Made by a program: the position numbers and the translations under genes. Below the pieces are notes generated by a model. The model saw only the letters and a list, made by a program, of their open reading frames with translations. It searched no databases and had not been told where the DNA came from. Source: a virus. Taken from it: a DNA stretch of 64,000 bases. Where the stretch lies: the IMG/VR virus record IMGVR_UViG_3300038620_000126, positions 46,247 to 110,246 of that record, one strand, 5' to 3'. Shown piece by piece: positions 19,311 through 29,339 of the stretch (positions are counted from its first letter, which is position 1; each line of letters starts with the position of its first letter).

Positions 19311-20411
19311 TTGTCTACTCCACGCCCCTTTATTATTAATCTTCCAGAAAGAGAAAGCCCCAATGAAGTTGAAAGTATAAATCCACAAGATAGTTATTCA
19401 TTTCTTTTTCAAAGAATAAATGAAAATTTTGAGCGTGTTCAGTTCTCATTAAATGATATAAGAGAATGGCAAAATCTTGCTTACGACTATCAAAATGGCC
19501 CCTTAGGTGTTTTGAACCTTCATTCAGATGTTGATCATTCTGTACCACCTAAAGATTATGATGTTTTAACATGGATTAACAACCAGTGGACTAACTTTAA
19601 TTTACTTAATTTAAATGGTGTTGGAATAGAAGCAAAAACATTAAATCAATTAAACAATGTTGAAACAGTTACACCAAAAGAAAATCAAGTTTTAATATAT
19701 GATCCAGACTTAGCACTTCAACAACAAAATACACTTAGAAATACTGGAACACCTAATAACAACGGCGATGTACTGTACGACGATGGAAATCCAATTCCAG
19801 ACACACTCTCTACAAACCCTAATGATCCAAATTTTGTTCAGCCTTGGATTTCTCGTTACTTACGTTTGTCTGATTTAATAGATGTAACTGCTAATATCAA
19901 CTTAACTGAAAACACATCTTTTGATAAAAATTCAAAACACTTACTTTTCTTTGATCCAACAAGCACTGAAAAACAAAACATAGGTAAAACAACTACAGGT
20001 ATATGGGACACCATTAAAGTTCCAAATTCGCGAATAACTCAAGTTCTTTCATCAGATAATATAAATGGTTTATATTGGTCAGAACTTACAACATCACTTA
20101 CAGGCGCTAAAAAACTATTTGAACTTGAAGATATGCTTCCAAATCCACTTGATATTGGAACAGAATCTTGTGGAACAGATACATTAGAATTCGGTCAAGA
20201 ATATAATCTTAAGGTTGTAGATAATCTTGGAAATGGAACACCATTCTATAAATTCACTTTAGATAATTCTGCACAAAAATGGAAATTAAATCAAAATGAA
20301 CGTTTAGTATTATGTACTAATGATAGATATCATGCAATTGGTGGTATAGAACTTAGTGCTTTTTCAGAAATAAATCTGGATTCATTAGCCGAAATAGTTA
20401 TACAAAATTAA
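19311..20411 (+). CDS. putative tail fibre-type protein
   Basis: TTG start, FQRINENF motif, L..L.(D/N)V...VL.(W/Y) fibre repeats, AATAAATA at 19288-19295. Confidence 0.6.
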   Translation: MSTPRPFIINLPERESPNEVESINPQDSYSFLFQRINENFERVQFSLNDIREWQNLAYDYQNGPLGVLNLHSDVDHSVPPKDYDVLTWINNQWTNFNLLNLNGVGIEAKTLNQLNNVETVTPKENQVLIYDPDLALQQQNTLRNTGTPNNNGDVLYDDGNPIPDTLSTNPNDPNFVQPWISRYLRLSDLIDVTANINLTENTSFDKNSKHLLFFDPTSTEKQNIGKTTTGIWDTIKVPNSRITQVLSSDNINGLYWSELTTSLTGAKKLFELEDMLPNPLDIGTESCGTDTLEFGQEYNLKVVDNLGNGTPFYKFTLDNSAQKWKLNQNERLVLCTNDRYHAIGGIELSAFSEINLDSLAEIVIQN

Positions 20412-20422
20412 TAAAATATTTG

Positions 20423-20494
20423 TCGAGTGGGCAGGATTCGAACCTGCGTGATCTAGCTCCCAAAGCTAGTGCCTGACCTCTAGGCTACCACTCG
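20423..20494 (-). tRNA. tRNA-Pro (anticodon TGG)
   Basis: Acceptor CGAGTGG/CCACTCG, anticodon arm CTAGC-TTTGGGA-GCTAG, T loop GGTTCGAATCC; no encoded CCA. Confidence 0.95.
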
Positions 20495-20531
20495 TAGAAA
20501 CATTTTTTACATACTAAAATTTTTAAAAACG

Positions 20532-21023
20532 TTATATCATTTTATCAATTTGCTTGTAAAGACTTGGAAATCTTTTATTTATATCAACCAAAAGAGAACG
20601 GTTTAAAGTATTAGAAAATATAGAATCTAAAAACTTAAGTAACTTTTTTTCTTTAGTAGATTCACTTTTAGTGTTTATTATAGTAGCTGCTTTTTTATAT
20701 AAATTTTCACTTTTTCTTCCATCTGGAAGCTCACCATTCATAAATCCATTTACAAACTCATGAAATCCCATATAATCTAACTCATGAAAAAGAACACGAA
20801 GTGCTATAATAGAATATTCATCTAAAGAATTTTTTTGTAAAGCATCAACAACATGTGTTACTTTTTTATACCTATTATCTATGTTTGGCTTGTGAAGTAT
20901 AGTATTGTAATATTTTACTATTTTGTCAACAATATTATTAGATTTAATTTTACTGTTATTTTCATTAATTCCACTTTGACTTTCATTAACAAATTGATTA
21001 AATGTGGGTAGTTTGCTTTTCAT
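20532..21023 (-). CDS. tagged protein, putative internal head protein
   Basis: MKSKLPTFNQFVNESQSGINE tag; AATAAATA at 21039-21046. Confidence 0.75.
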   Translation of the reverse strand: MKSKLPTFNQFVNESQSGINENNSKIKSNNIVDKIVKYYNTILHKPNIDNRYKKVTHVVDALQKNSLDEYSIIALRVLFHELDYMGFHEFVNGFMNGELPDGRKSENLYKKAATIINTKSESTKEKKLLKFLDSIFSNTLNRSLLVDINKRFPSLYKQIDKMI

Positions 21024-21044
21024 AATCGTTGTTTTTTTTATTTA

Positions 21045-23051
21045 TTAGTAATTTCTACCAAACTTAGGTAAATTATATATTGGCTTAGCATTATCTAATA
21101 TCCATGCAAGGTGTGCATCTTTAACAGTGTTATAGTTTAAAAATGTGCTTTGTTTTTCAACCTCAATGGGTTGTTTCATTAATCTTATTGCTGTTTGCCA
21201 AAAGGGACCTGACCATAGTTTCCAACCACTCTCTAAACTGAAACTAAATTTATTAATTTCAACGGTGTTTTCATATATTTGTTTTAATTCAGTGCTTTGT
21301 TCACGAGCTTTAACATCAGGATATGCAGATGGTCTCCATAGCGAAAGTTGCAATTGTTCATAATCGTTTATTATTTGAAAAACCATTGCATACCATTGTT
21401 CTTCTGGAAGTAACTTTTCTCCAATATCCCATGTAAATTCTGAATTGTTTATAAAAGCTTTAACTATTTGTTGCTCAAACAAATAGATTTCTAATCCCAT
21501 TTTGTTATTTATATCACCAAATAGCTTAGACGGAATAACCTGTTGAATGCCGGTTCCTGTAAGATCCGATGGGATATTTACATCAATGTTACGGGTATCA
21601 ACCTCAAGTGTTTTATTATCTGTGTTAATAACTTCAAAGTAATCATTGCTTATACCAAAAAGTTTAATCCAGCCATTTACAGGAAACTTATGATTTTTAT
21701 TTAAGCTAACAACAATTTTTCCATCGTTTTTGGAAATCGAATTTATAAAATCCGACGGAAATTCATTGGGCTTATAATTTTTATTTAGTTCTTGCAATCT
21801 AAACCATGTTGTAAATGTAAGGTTTTGATCCTGATTCAGTGTTGCCTGTTTTTCATATTCAACTACTGGAACAGGTGCTTTAAATTGATTATAAACAGAA
21901 TAGTTTTGATAAACATTTTGGGTTATCGTAGTGTAGTTATTAATTAAGTGTTCATTAGTTATAACTAAATTATCTTCAACTGCACTTCTTTGTATAGTTT
22001 TTGAAAATGTTTCAATTTCTTGCTGTTTGGGGTTTGTAACATCTTCAATTTCTTCTGTTTTTTCTGGCTCTACAACATCTTCAGTTCCTGTTGTCTTTTC
22101 ATCAAGAAAATCTAAAACATTTTCGGGTTTTTTAACATTAGAACGTTCTTCATATTTCTTACAACTAAGTTTCCACCACCCTGGTTGAAGCATAAGCCAT
22201 CTATATAAATAAACTGATGTAACTTCATAGAGTCTGTTATTTAAGCTTGCATATATAAAGTCATGACGATTAGGCTGAGCACCAGCACCAAACACTTCTT
22301 GAAAATAATTATATTCTATTAAAAGCTCTAACTCCCCTTCAAAATCAATTCCAAAAGGATTAAAATTAAAACGGGATTCTGGGTACTCATTACTATCCGT
22401 TAAAACACGTATACATTGATTTTCAACGGTTTCATAAATACCATACTGTTTTAATATGTTATCTGTACTTTGGGCATCTGGCTCAACTTTAAAGTAAGAA
22501 ACATCTAAGCCATACATTTTATTTGTAAAATTGTTCAATGTTTGCCAACTATCCACAAAGCATTGAACATCATCAGGTTCTATTTTATTCATCTCTCCTA
22601 TTTCAATGGTTTGATCACCGAATACCAACGTATCAGTACAATCAACATAATAGCCACATGATATACATTCGTTTGGCTTTTCTGGTGGAACTTCTGGTTT
22701 ATCTTTGTTTAGTGTTTCTGCATCAATTTCATACGAATCCAATGTAAGTTCACCCGATAGGTTTTGCTTAAGAAGAATTTTAATTTCTAAATAAAACTTT
22801 TTACCTGTAAAATTAATGTTATAAAGTTTATAAAGTGGAATCCATGTTGAAAAGAAGTTATTATCCCATGAATATCGAAACTCAAAATTAAAAATTTCTT
22901 CTGGATTACTTAATGTTTTACCGTTTTTATCACTAAAATTAAACTTAATATCTTTAAATACTTTAATTGAATTAAAAGGTTCCTCAAATCCAAAAATAAA
23001 TTTATCACCTGTTTCTACAAACTTAACATTAAAGTTTATTTGTTTTATCAA
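21045..23051 (-). CDS. gp14: neck/head-closure protein (T4 gp14-like core with extra domains)
   Basis: YGLDVSYF...FGIDFEGE...P...DFIY...NRLYEV core; LamG-like FTTWF...WYAMVF C-terminal region; TTG start. Confidence 0.6.
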   Translation of the reverse strand: MIKQINFNVKFVETGDKFIFGFEEPFNSIKVFKDIKFNFSDKNGKTLSNPEEIFNFEFRYSWDNNFFSTWIPLYKLYNINFTGKKFYLEIKILLKQNLSGELTLDSYEIDAETLNKDKPEVPPEKPNECISCGYYVDCTDTLVFGDQTIEIGEMNKIEPDDVQCFVDSWQTLNNFTNKMYGLDVSYFKVEPDAQSTDNILKQYGIYETVENQCIRVLTDSNEYPESRFNFNPFGIDFEGELELLIEYNYFQEVFGAGAQPNRHDFIYASLNNRLYEVTSVYLYRWLMLQPGWWKLSCKKYEERSNVKKPENVLDFLDEKTTGTEDVVEPEKTEEIEDVTNPKQQEIETFSKTIQRSAVEDNLVITNEHLINNYTTITQNVYQNYSVYNQFKAPVPVVEYEKQATLNQDQNLTFTTWFRLQELNKNYKPNEFPSDFINSISKNDGKIVVSLNKNHKFPVNGWIKLFGISNDYFEVINTDNKTLEVDTRNIDVNIPSDLTGTGIQQVIPSKLFGDINNKMGLEIYLFEQQIVKAFINNSEFTWDIGEKLLPEEQWYAMVFQIINDYEQLQLSLWRPSAYPDVKAREQSTELKQIYENTVEINKFSFSLESGWKLWSGPFWQTAIRLMKQPIEVEKQSTFLNYNTVKDAHLAWILDNAKPIYNLPKFGRNY

Positions 23052-23064
23052 AGTTTTTTCTTAT

Positions 23065-24228
23065 TTATTTTATGTAACTTTTAACTTTTGAAATTTTGTT
23101 TTTAGTTTGCAACCTTTTCAGTTGATTAAAAATAGTTTTTTGATTTGAAAACATATGGGTTTTAAGACTTGGTCGCATCAAAAAATTGTAAAAGTAATAA
23201 TCATATGATGTTCCCGATCCTAATGTTTTAAGGTTTTTTGGTTTAGTAATTATAGCGGGTCTTTTACGATGGTGGATCAATCCATACATATAATGAATAA
23301 CAAAACTACTTTTAGTTATTGTATTTGAATTTAGATCAAAGCAATAAGATTGAATAGCTGGCATACTGTTTACATCATGTATTTCTCCTTTATGTGTGTA
23401 AATGTAAAGAATACTTTGAAATTTTTTATATGTTTTAATACTTATTATAGATGGTTTAGAACTATCTTCTCTGCCAATATATCCGTTTTGAAAATAAAAA
23501 TAAACTTCCTCTTTTTTAAGTGTGTTGTAAACAGAATCGGGATCAATTCCATAATTAACAATTTTAACTGCAGGGGTATCATTAAAACTATGAAACTTTT
23601 TTACATTGGATTCAATAAATCCTCTAGTATATTTTTGATCTGATAGTAGCCATTTTGTTTTAGCATTATTAGTTTTATAACTGTTAGACTGAATAGAACC
23701 AACTTCGTTTAAGTTAATTTTTCCATCAGCATTTAAATACTCTCCTACACATATTGCGCTAAAAAGTTCTGTACAATACAGAACATTAAATGAATAAAAG
23801 TTAGAATAAAGCCAATGGTTATAACTTGGCTCATCATGGTTTTCGTTTAATATACTAAAGTAAACCTCGGTTTTAGGGCCTGTGATTTCATGTTCTATGC
23901 GTTTTCTAGTATCATTAGAGCTTTTTAATTCGCGCTTTTCTATGGCGTTAAATAATTTTGAAAACGGTATTTTTTCACAGTAATAACTAAAAAAGTTTTC
24001 TAAAGCATCTGATTCAAAAAAGATTAAATCGTCTTCTTCTTTTTTAGATAGTTTAACTCCTCTAGTAGTCAATTCTATCAAATCAAAATAATACCTACAA
24101 TTTTTAACATTAGTAACTAATGGTTGCATTATTAGTTTATTACTAAGATAAGCAGAAATGCGCCTAGAATAATCTAACCATTCACTTATACTTTTACTTT
24201 CAAAATTTACAGACATATAAATTATCAA
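23065..24228 (-). CDS. hypothetical protein with degenerate HRxxGPA-type repeats
   Basis: GYIGREDSSKPSII, GEIHDVNSMPAI, GLIHHRKRPAII. Confidence 0.6.
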   Translation of the reverse strand: MIIYMSVNFESKSISEWLDYSRRISAYLSNKLIMQPLVTNVKNCRYYFDLIELTTRGVKLSKKEEDDLIFFESDALENFFSYYCEKIPFSKLFNAIEKRELKSSNDTRKRIEHEITGPKTEVYFSILNENHDEPSYNHWLYSNFYSFNVLYCTELFSAICVGEYLNADGKINLNEVGSIQSNSYKTNNAKTKWLLSDQKYTRGFIESNVKKFHSFNDTPAVKIVNYGIDPDSVYNTLKKEEVYFYFQNGYIGREDSSKPSIISIKTYKKFQSILYIYTHKGEIHDVNSMPAIQSYCFDLNSNTITKSSFVIHYMYGLIHHRKRPAIITKPKNLKTLGSGTSYDYYFYNFLMRPSLKTHMFSNQKTIFNQLKRLQTKNKISKVKSYIK

Positions 24229-24236
24229 CGTTTAGT

Positions 24237-25013
24237 TTACAAAAGTTCTTTATAAAAGCTTTTAGCTAATTTATAAATTTTATTTTTGTTATAATTTATA
24301 ACAGTTGAATCTACCCGATCTACTAATATTTTCATTTGTTTTGTATTAGTTAAAGGTGAATTTTCAAAAATATCTCTAATATTTTTATCTAATTTCTGTA
24401 ATTCTTCTGCATCTTTTAGATCAAGTATAACTTTTCTGCTTTTGCGATTAAGTAAATGATTTAGCATGTTGTTATAATTTTGAAATTTAAGTTTTACGAT
24501 GTGAAGATTGTTTTTATAATCATTATTATCAATCCATAAATTAGAAAATGTTGCTAATCCTTTTTGATCTGTTTTATAAAGTTTAACAGATCCCTTTAAA
24601 TTTTTACCAATAAACTTTTTTAATTCATTCAAATACGGATAACCAACAAAAACAGGTATTATTTCACCATTAACTATAATGCATGTACATAGTACACATA
24701 TATTACCCCACATTTCCCAATTATCTCTATGTCTTAATAATACTTTAATAACGTTATCTAACTTTCTTTCTGAAAACTTAACTATTTCAAAAGTATCTTT
24801 AACACTGTTAACTTCTGGAACTTCAGAATACATACAAGCATATTTCTCTCTATAATATACATCACATACTACTTCAATTTATCTTTCAGATATTGTTTTT
24901 TGTTTCTCTGTTAAAAATTTTTCGATAACTTTTTGACCAAAGCTAGACTTTATAGAGTTTTCTAAAGCTTCTTTTAGAAGGGGATAATTTTCCTTTGCCT
25001 TTTCTAAGTCCAT
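24237..25013 (-). pseudogene. hypothetical gene interrupted by one in-frame TAA at 24879-24881 (or two genes, 24879..25013 and 24237..24833)
   Basis: MDLEKAKENY...KTISER*IEVVCDVYYREKYAC-MYSEVP reads in a single frame. Confidence 0.5.
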
Positions 25014-25041
25014 AATTGATAACTACTGTACCTTTACTAAA

Positions 25042-25557
25042 TTAAATTACCGAATACGTAAAATCTTCTGGTACACAAAAAGCTGTATCTAAGTTAAATA
25101 TAACTGTAAATTGATTTGCATTTCTAAAGCTATTTTCAAAACCAGTAAAGCTTTGTATTTTTCTTAAAATTTCATCTAAAAATGTATTATCAGAATTAAA
25201 ATCACTTCTTTCTACTTCAATAGGAAGTGCATTACAAAGAACCAATTTAACAGTTCCTTGTGGATTTTGCAAATCAAAGTTAAGATTTAGTGTAAAAATG
25301 AACTTTCCAAACCCCTTTTCTAATCCCGTTTCTGAACTGGGAAAATTGTAGTCTCTTTCATTATCTGCTAAAAACTTTTCAGTAACAAATATATGTTCAT
25401 TTTCTATAAGCCCAACACTAACTTCGGGTAAGTATATTCCACCTTTCCAACAGTCAGATTTTTCATCCCAACGCAAATTAAGAAGTTCGCCGTTCTTATT
25501 AAAAAAATGCCAGTTTTGATAGGGACGTAGTATAGGCTTTCCTTTTTTTCCTTCCAT
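25042..25557 (-). CDS. hypothetical, probably late/structural protein
   Basis: AATAAATA motif at 25582-25589. Confidence 0.6.
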   Translation of the reverse strand: MEGKKGKPILRPYQNWHFFNKNGELLNLRWDEKSDCWKGGIYLPEVSVGLIENEHIFVTEKFLADNERDYNFPSSETGLEKGFGKFIFTLNLNFDLQNPQGTVKLVLCNALPIEVERSDFNSDNTFLDEILRKIQSFTGFENSFRNANQFTVIFNLDTAFCVPEDFTYSVI

Positions 25558-25618
25558 ATTTGTTATGTTATTATTTGTTATTATTTATTCAATCAAAAAT
25601 AAATATAAAAAAATAATA

Positions 25619-26149
25619 GTGCGAATAAAATCTTTCCAAGAATACAATAAAAGTAAATACTCTGAAAAATTTAACTGGGTTGTTGAAAGTGGAATTCCAC
25701 TTCAAGAATCATTTAGAATGCATTCAGAATCTTATTCACAGGTTTTGCGGGAAGCAAGAACTGCATACATTCGTGGTTACTATTTTCCCCAAAATGAAAA
25801 TGAAAGATTCATATTAGAAGACTTAGATACTGGAGAAAAAGCCGTTTACAATGGTGAGGAAGTAACGCTTGACTTGCCAGAAGAAACCCCAAGAGGGGAT
25901 GAAAAACAATTTCAAGTTTACGTTGACACTGGTAAAAAGGACAAAGAAGGAAATAAAATTGCTAAAAAAATTAAGTTTGGGAGTGCAGATTACGATATAA
26001 AAAATTGTGATGACGATGCCAGAAAGAGTTTTCTAGCTCGCCATCAATGTGATAAGGAAGATACCAGCGATAAAGATGCTGGATTTTGGAGCTGCAACAT
26101 TCACCGCTTTGCGGATGAACTTGGACTTGAGTGCGATAAGCCGTGGTAA
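25619..26149 (+). CDS. tagged conserved phage head-type protein (RKSFLARHxC...AGFWSC family)
   Basis: True start is probably GTG at 25619, giving MRIKSFQEYNKS; AATAAATA at 25598-25605; KIKFG...ARKSFLARHQC...WSC motif. Confidence 0.7.
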   Translation: MRIKSFQEYNKSKYSEKFNWVVESGIPLQESFRMHSESYSQVLREARTAYIRGYYFPQNENERFILEDLDTGEKAVYNGEEVTLDLPEETPRGDEKQFQVYVDTGKKDKEGNKIAKKIKFGSADYDIKNCDDDARKSFLARHQCDKEDTSDKDAGFWSCNIHRFADELGLECDKPW

Positions 26150-26155
26150 TTTCTA

Positions 26156-26554
26156 TTATTGAATCTCACGCTTTTTTATTTCCTCCATTATGTGTGAATA
26201 GTAAGAAGAAATTTGTTCATCTGTGCAATCTTTAAATGGATTGGGCGGTTCCATACCCAACTGCTGGTTTATAACTTCTTTTATCGTTTCTATTTGTTGT
26301 GGATAATCAAGTTCTTTTACCTCTTGAAGTTCACCCCCTTCCACTTTTTTAACAATACCTTGTAAACCGCCACGAGTTCCCCCAACAAAAAGAAGAACAT
26401 CACCTTCATTTAAGCGATTTTCTCCTTCCTTTAAGAAGAACCCTTCAAAGGCATAGCCATTACTTTTTTCGAGATTAACTTTGTCAATCTTTTTTGTCCA
26501 CTGCTTATTAGCTTTTTCATTGCCGTGGTGCTTAATGTAAATTACTGTTTTCAT
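26156..26554 (-). CDS. hypothetical early protein
   Basis: Member of the operon downstream of the 27719 promoter. Confidence 0.7.
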   Translation of the reverse strand: MKTVIYIKHHGNEKANKQWTKKIDKVNLEKSNGYAFEGFFLKEGENRLNEGDVLLFVGGTRGGLQGIVKKVEGGELQEVKELDYPQQIETIKEVINQQLGMEPPNPFKDCTDEQISSYYSHIMEEIKKREIQ

Positions 26555-26592
26555 GATTAAGTAGTTTAATGATTAAAGTATTGTACAAATTT

Positions 26593-27312
26593 TCAACCAG
26601 ATTGTAGTCTTTTAGAACTACTTTTATTATCTAGTCCGTCCTTAAAAATGGAAACGTTTTTCCCTGCTTCTTTCCCTTGTTTATAGGCAAATGCATTATT
26701 TACCTGTAAGCGTCTTCCTTTTCTAATGTTAAAGTTTTGAAATATCCATTCATTAACTTTATACTTAGATGCCAACACAATATCTTTGGGCTTATTGTCA
26801 TGATCTTTGTTCATTTCACTCATTAGTTCCTTAATACGAACATCTATTTCACTACAAGCTCCATACAGAAAGTTTTTCCTGTAATTGCCATAAGGAATTC
26901 CCATTTCTTTTGCATTTCTTTTCCAACTCTTTTTTACTGCATCTAACAGTTGTTGGCTAAGAGATTGAGTAATAAGTATAAAACGGTCAACTCGTTCAGG
27001 TGTCCCAATAAAAAGAATTGCTTTTCCACTTTTGCCGGACTTTTTAATACATCCACACAAACAATAATCTGATAATATGTTTGCAAGAATAGGAGCAAAT
27101 TCTCCATCCTGGGTTGTCTGAAAATTACTAACTGGATATTCAACACTTACAAACTCATTATCATCATTTTCAATAGTTTCATAATTTACCTCATGCTCCA
27201 TTGACAATTCAATAGCTTTTGAAGCAAATGCTTTGGCTTCTTCGGTAGAACCAGCAGATTCGGCACTTTGTGCATGTTCTTTAAGTTTTTTAATTTTTTC
27301 TTTTATTGTCAT
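26593..27312 (-). CDS. DUF2786-like protein
   Basis: KIKKLKEHA.SA...EEAKAF..KA.EL N-terminus and AYKQGKEAG C-terminus. Confidence 0.7.
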   Translation of the reverse strand: MTIKEKIKKLKEHAQSAESAGSTEEAKAFASKAIELSMEHEVNYETIENDDNEFVSVEYPVSNFQTTQDGEFAPILANILSDYCLCGCIKKSGKSGKAILFIGTPERVDRFILITQSLSQQLLDAVKKSWKRNAKEMGIPYGNYRKNFLYGACSEIDVRIKELMSEMNKDHDNKPKDIVLASKYKVNEWIFQNFNIRKGRRLQVNNAFAYKQGKEAGKNVSIFKDGLDNKSSSKRLQSG

Positions 27313-27343
27313 GATTATGCAGTTTAAAGTTTGAAAAAAATAG

Positions 27344-27416
27344 AACCCCCGCCCAGATTCGAACTGGGATTAACGGATTAGAAGTCCGTGGTTTTATCCG
27401 ATTAAACTACAGGGGC
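27344..27416 (-). tRNA. tRNA-Arg (anticodon TCT)
   Basis: Acceptor GCCCCTG/CGGGGGT, anticodon arm ACGGA-CTTCTAA-TCCGT, T arm CCCAG-TTCGAAT-CTGGG. Confidence 0.93.
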
Positions 27417-27435
27417 TTTATTTAAAATTAAACAA

Positions 27436-27462
27436 AGCGGGAAAGCCTATAACTTTCCCGCT
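27436..27462 (-). terminator. hairpin between the small gene and tRNA-Arg (terminator or processing site)
   Basis: AGCGGGAAAG / CTTTCCCGCT perfect 10-bp stem. Confidence 0.65.
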
Positions 27463-27473
27463 GAGTGGCTTTG

Positions 27474-27686
27474 TTAGGAATTCAGGTGATTTTGAATAGC
27501 AGTCTTCAGGCTTTCCAAATCTTTTGTTTGTGGTGTGTCCACCTTTAGGCAGATGGTTTTCCCGCTAACAAGTTGAATAGTAAGAACTTTAGTTGAAAGC
27601 TCTGTTTCATAGTAAACCCGCTCTATATTGTTTGGATTTACCAATTCTTCTTCTCCGTTTACGGTCGTGACTTTTAAAAACTTCAT
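27474..27686 (-). CDS. small early protein (FlbD-like beta fold?)
   Basis: First gene behind the 27719 promoter; F.K.T..NG....VNP..IE.V pattern. Confidence 0.6.
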   Translation of the reverse strand: MKFLKVTTVNGEEELVNPNNIERVYYETELSTKVLTIQLVSGKTICLKVDTPQTKDLESLKTAIQNHLNS

Positions 27687-27718
27687 AGTAACTTGGATTA
27701 ATGTTTAACAATTCACTA

Positions 27719-27749
27719 CAAATATAAAACAAAACTTTAGCTGAGTCAA
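27719..27749 (-). promoter_or_regulatory. early/host-RNAP promoter TTGACT-N17-TATATTTG
   Basis: Same spacing and boxes as the 3910 and 50777 promoters. Confidence 0.7.
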
Positions 27750-27757
27750 GGACAAAT

Positions 27758-28117
27758 TCAAAAAATAAAACGCTTAATTTCTTCCGTGGTAGAAGAAAAC
27801 GGATTAGACGTTATTATTTGACTAATGGGGAATATAATTGATTCTGGCTTTTCTGTTGTAGAACTATTAGTTGTAAACCGAATAATTTCAATCTGCTGAT
27901 CGTTTATTTCAATATTATACGAAAATTCTTTATGTTTCCATTCTACATCAATTATTCCATCTCCAGGTGAAATCAATGGAGTAACAGTAGAATTTTCAAA
28001 TAGCGAATATAACAGTGATTTGGCTGTTTCTGTTAAGTGTGCAGGTGAATTGCATTTACCATTATACCAACCGTCTTCTAATTCTTCAATTTCATTTAAT
28101 TGTGATTCTATGCTCAT
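27758..28117 (-). CDS. hypothetical protein
   Basis: ORF with L.DGWY motif. Confidence 0.65.
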   Translation of the reverse strand: MSIESQLNEIEELEDGWYNGKCNSPAHLTETAKSLLYSLFENSTVTPLISPGDGIIDVEWKHKEFSYNIEINDQQIEIIRFTTNSSTTEKPESIIFPISQIITSNPFSSTTEEIKRFIF

Positions 28118-28136
28118 TTTGTAATTTTTTTATAAA

Positions 28137-28724
28137 CTAGATATTATCTGGTTTATATATTTTTGGCAAAGTATCATTTTTTTTCGTATTGTAGTTTCCA
28201 TTATCATGATAACCATTAGGAAATATTAAATCAGTTTTGTGAAGATTGTTTATTCCTATATTAGCATATTCATCATCGGAATCAGTTGTAGAATAATACA
28301 AAAGTTGAGCAATTCTCATATTTGAATACACACGATAAGGCTTTATACAGTGCATTTCTAGTGTCCAATAACCACAAAATCCTTCATCACCAATTCCGGC
28401 TGTTACATGTACAGATAAGCCACCACGCCCAATAGTTGACCTTCCTTCAATCATTGGAACAAAAAAGTGTGTTTCTGTATATTCAACAGTTTTACCTAAA
28501 TACAATTCTTGTGGATTTAACACTAATCCACTTTCGGGGATTTCTATAATTTCGTAACTTGGATTATCTTTTAATGGATCAATAACCGTATCTGTATAAC
28601 GAATTAAGTATTTATCAAGTCTTACATCATAACTATTGTATCTTAATTGCGAATAATAAAAAGGCTCTATTTGAATATTTCCTTTTTTATGTTCTTTATG
28701 TATTTCTGTCCAGTTCAGTATCAT
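28137..28724 (-). CDS. dcd: dCTP deaminase
   Basis: SYDVRL, EGRSTIGR.GL.VH.TAG.GD.GF.G.WTLE, RIAQL motifs. Confidence 0.92.
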   Translation of the reverse strand: MILNWTEIHKEHKKGNIQIEPFYYSQLRYNSYDVRLDKYLIRYTDTVIDPLKDNPSYEIIEIPESGLVLNPQELYLGKTVEYTETHFFVPMIEGRSTIGRGGLSVHVTAGIGDEGFCGYWTLEMHCIKPYRVYSNMRIAQLLYYSTTDSDDEYANIGINNLHKTDLIFPNGYHDNGNYNTKKNDTLPKIYKPDNI

Positions 28725-29151
28725 AAAAATAATTATTAAAAGTTTTTTGTTTTGTGGCTTGCTTTAAAATTTTTCTTTTCAAATCTAACATTTTTAATTC
28801 TCTAGCAACTTCTTTAGCCCTTTCTAATGCACCTTCATGAGATGATGACGATGCGTTAAATCCGATAAGCGTCCAATTATCTAGTATGATTTTTGGATTA
28901 ATTGAATTCATAGTATCAGCATATATTTTACTTGTGTATTTAATGTTTTTTCCATTAGACGCATAAGTTATAGATTGATAAAGATTTCGAGAAAAGTGTA
29001 AGTTTAATTCACCGAGGTTACAATCTTTTAACATATTATTTGGATAAAGTGCAACAAAACCACAGTAACTATATGTAGTTACTTCAACTCCTTGTACTTC
29101 ACTACACTTAGGCACTTTTACAACAAACGGAATAAATTTAGAATTTTCCAT
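28696..29151 (-). CDS. hypothetical protein
   Basis: ORF overlapping the dcd start. Confidence 0.6.
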   Translation of the reverse strand: MENSKFIPFVVKVPKCSEVQGVEVTTYSYCGFVALYPNNMLKDCNLGELNLHFSRNLYQSITYASNGKNIKYTSKIYADTMNSINPKIILDNWTLIGFNASSSSHEGALERAKEVARELKMLDLKRKILKQATKQKTFNNYFYDTELDRNT

Positions 29152-29172
29152 AGGAAACTGATGGTTAGAATT

Positions 29173-29325
29173 TTACTTATTTCTAAAAAAATCTGTTACA
29201 CGATCAATTCCTTCAACAACAGCTACAGGCAAAGCAGCCGCAACCATAAATTTCCACTTATTGTTATCCCACCACTTTATAAAACTTGATGATTCTTTCT
29301 TATGTTCTTTTTTGGTATTTGGCAT
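29173..29325 (-). CDS. 50-aa small protein with a hydrophobic segment (not in ORF track)
   Basis: MPNTKKEHKKESSSFIKWWDNNKWKFMVAAALPVAVVEGIDRVTDFFRNK; fills the gap after an A-rich leader. Confidence 0.6.
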   Translation of the reverse strand: MPNTKKEHKKESSSFIKWWDNNKWKFMVAAALPVAVVEGIDRVTDFFRNK

Positions 29326-29339
29326 AATTTTATGTTTTT

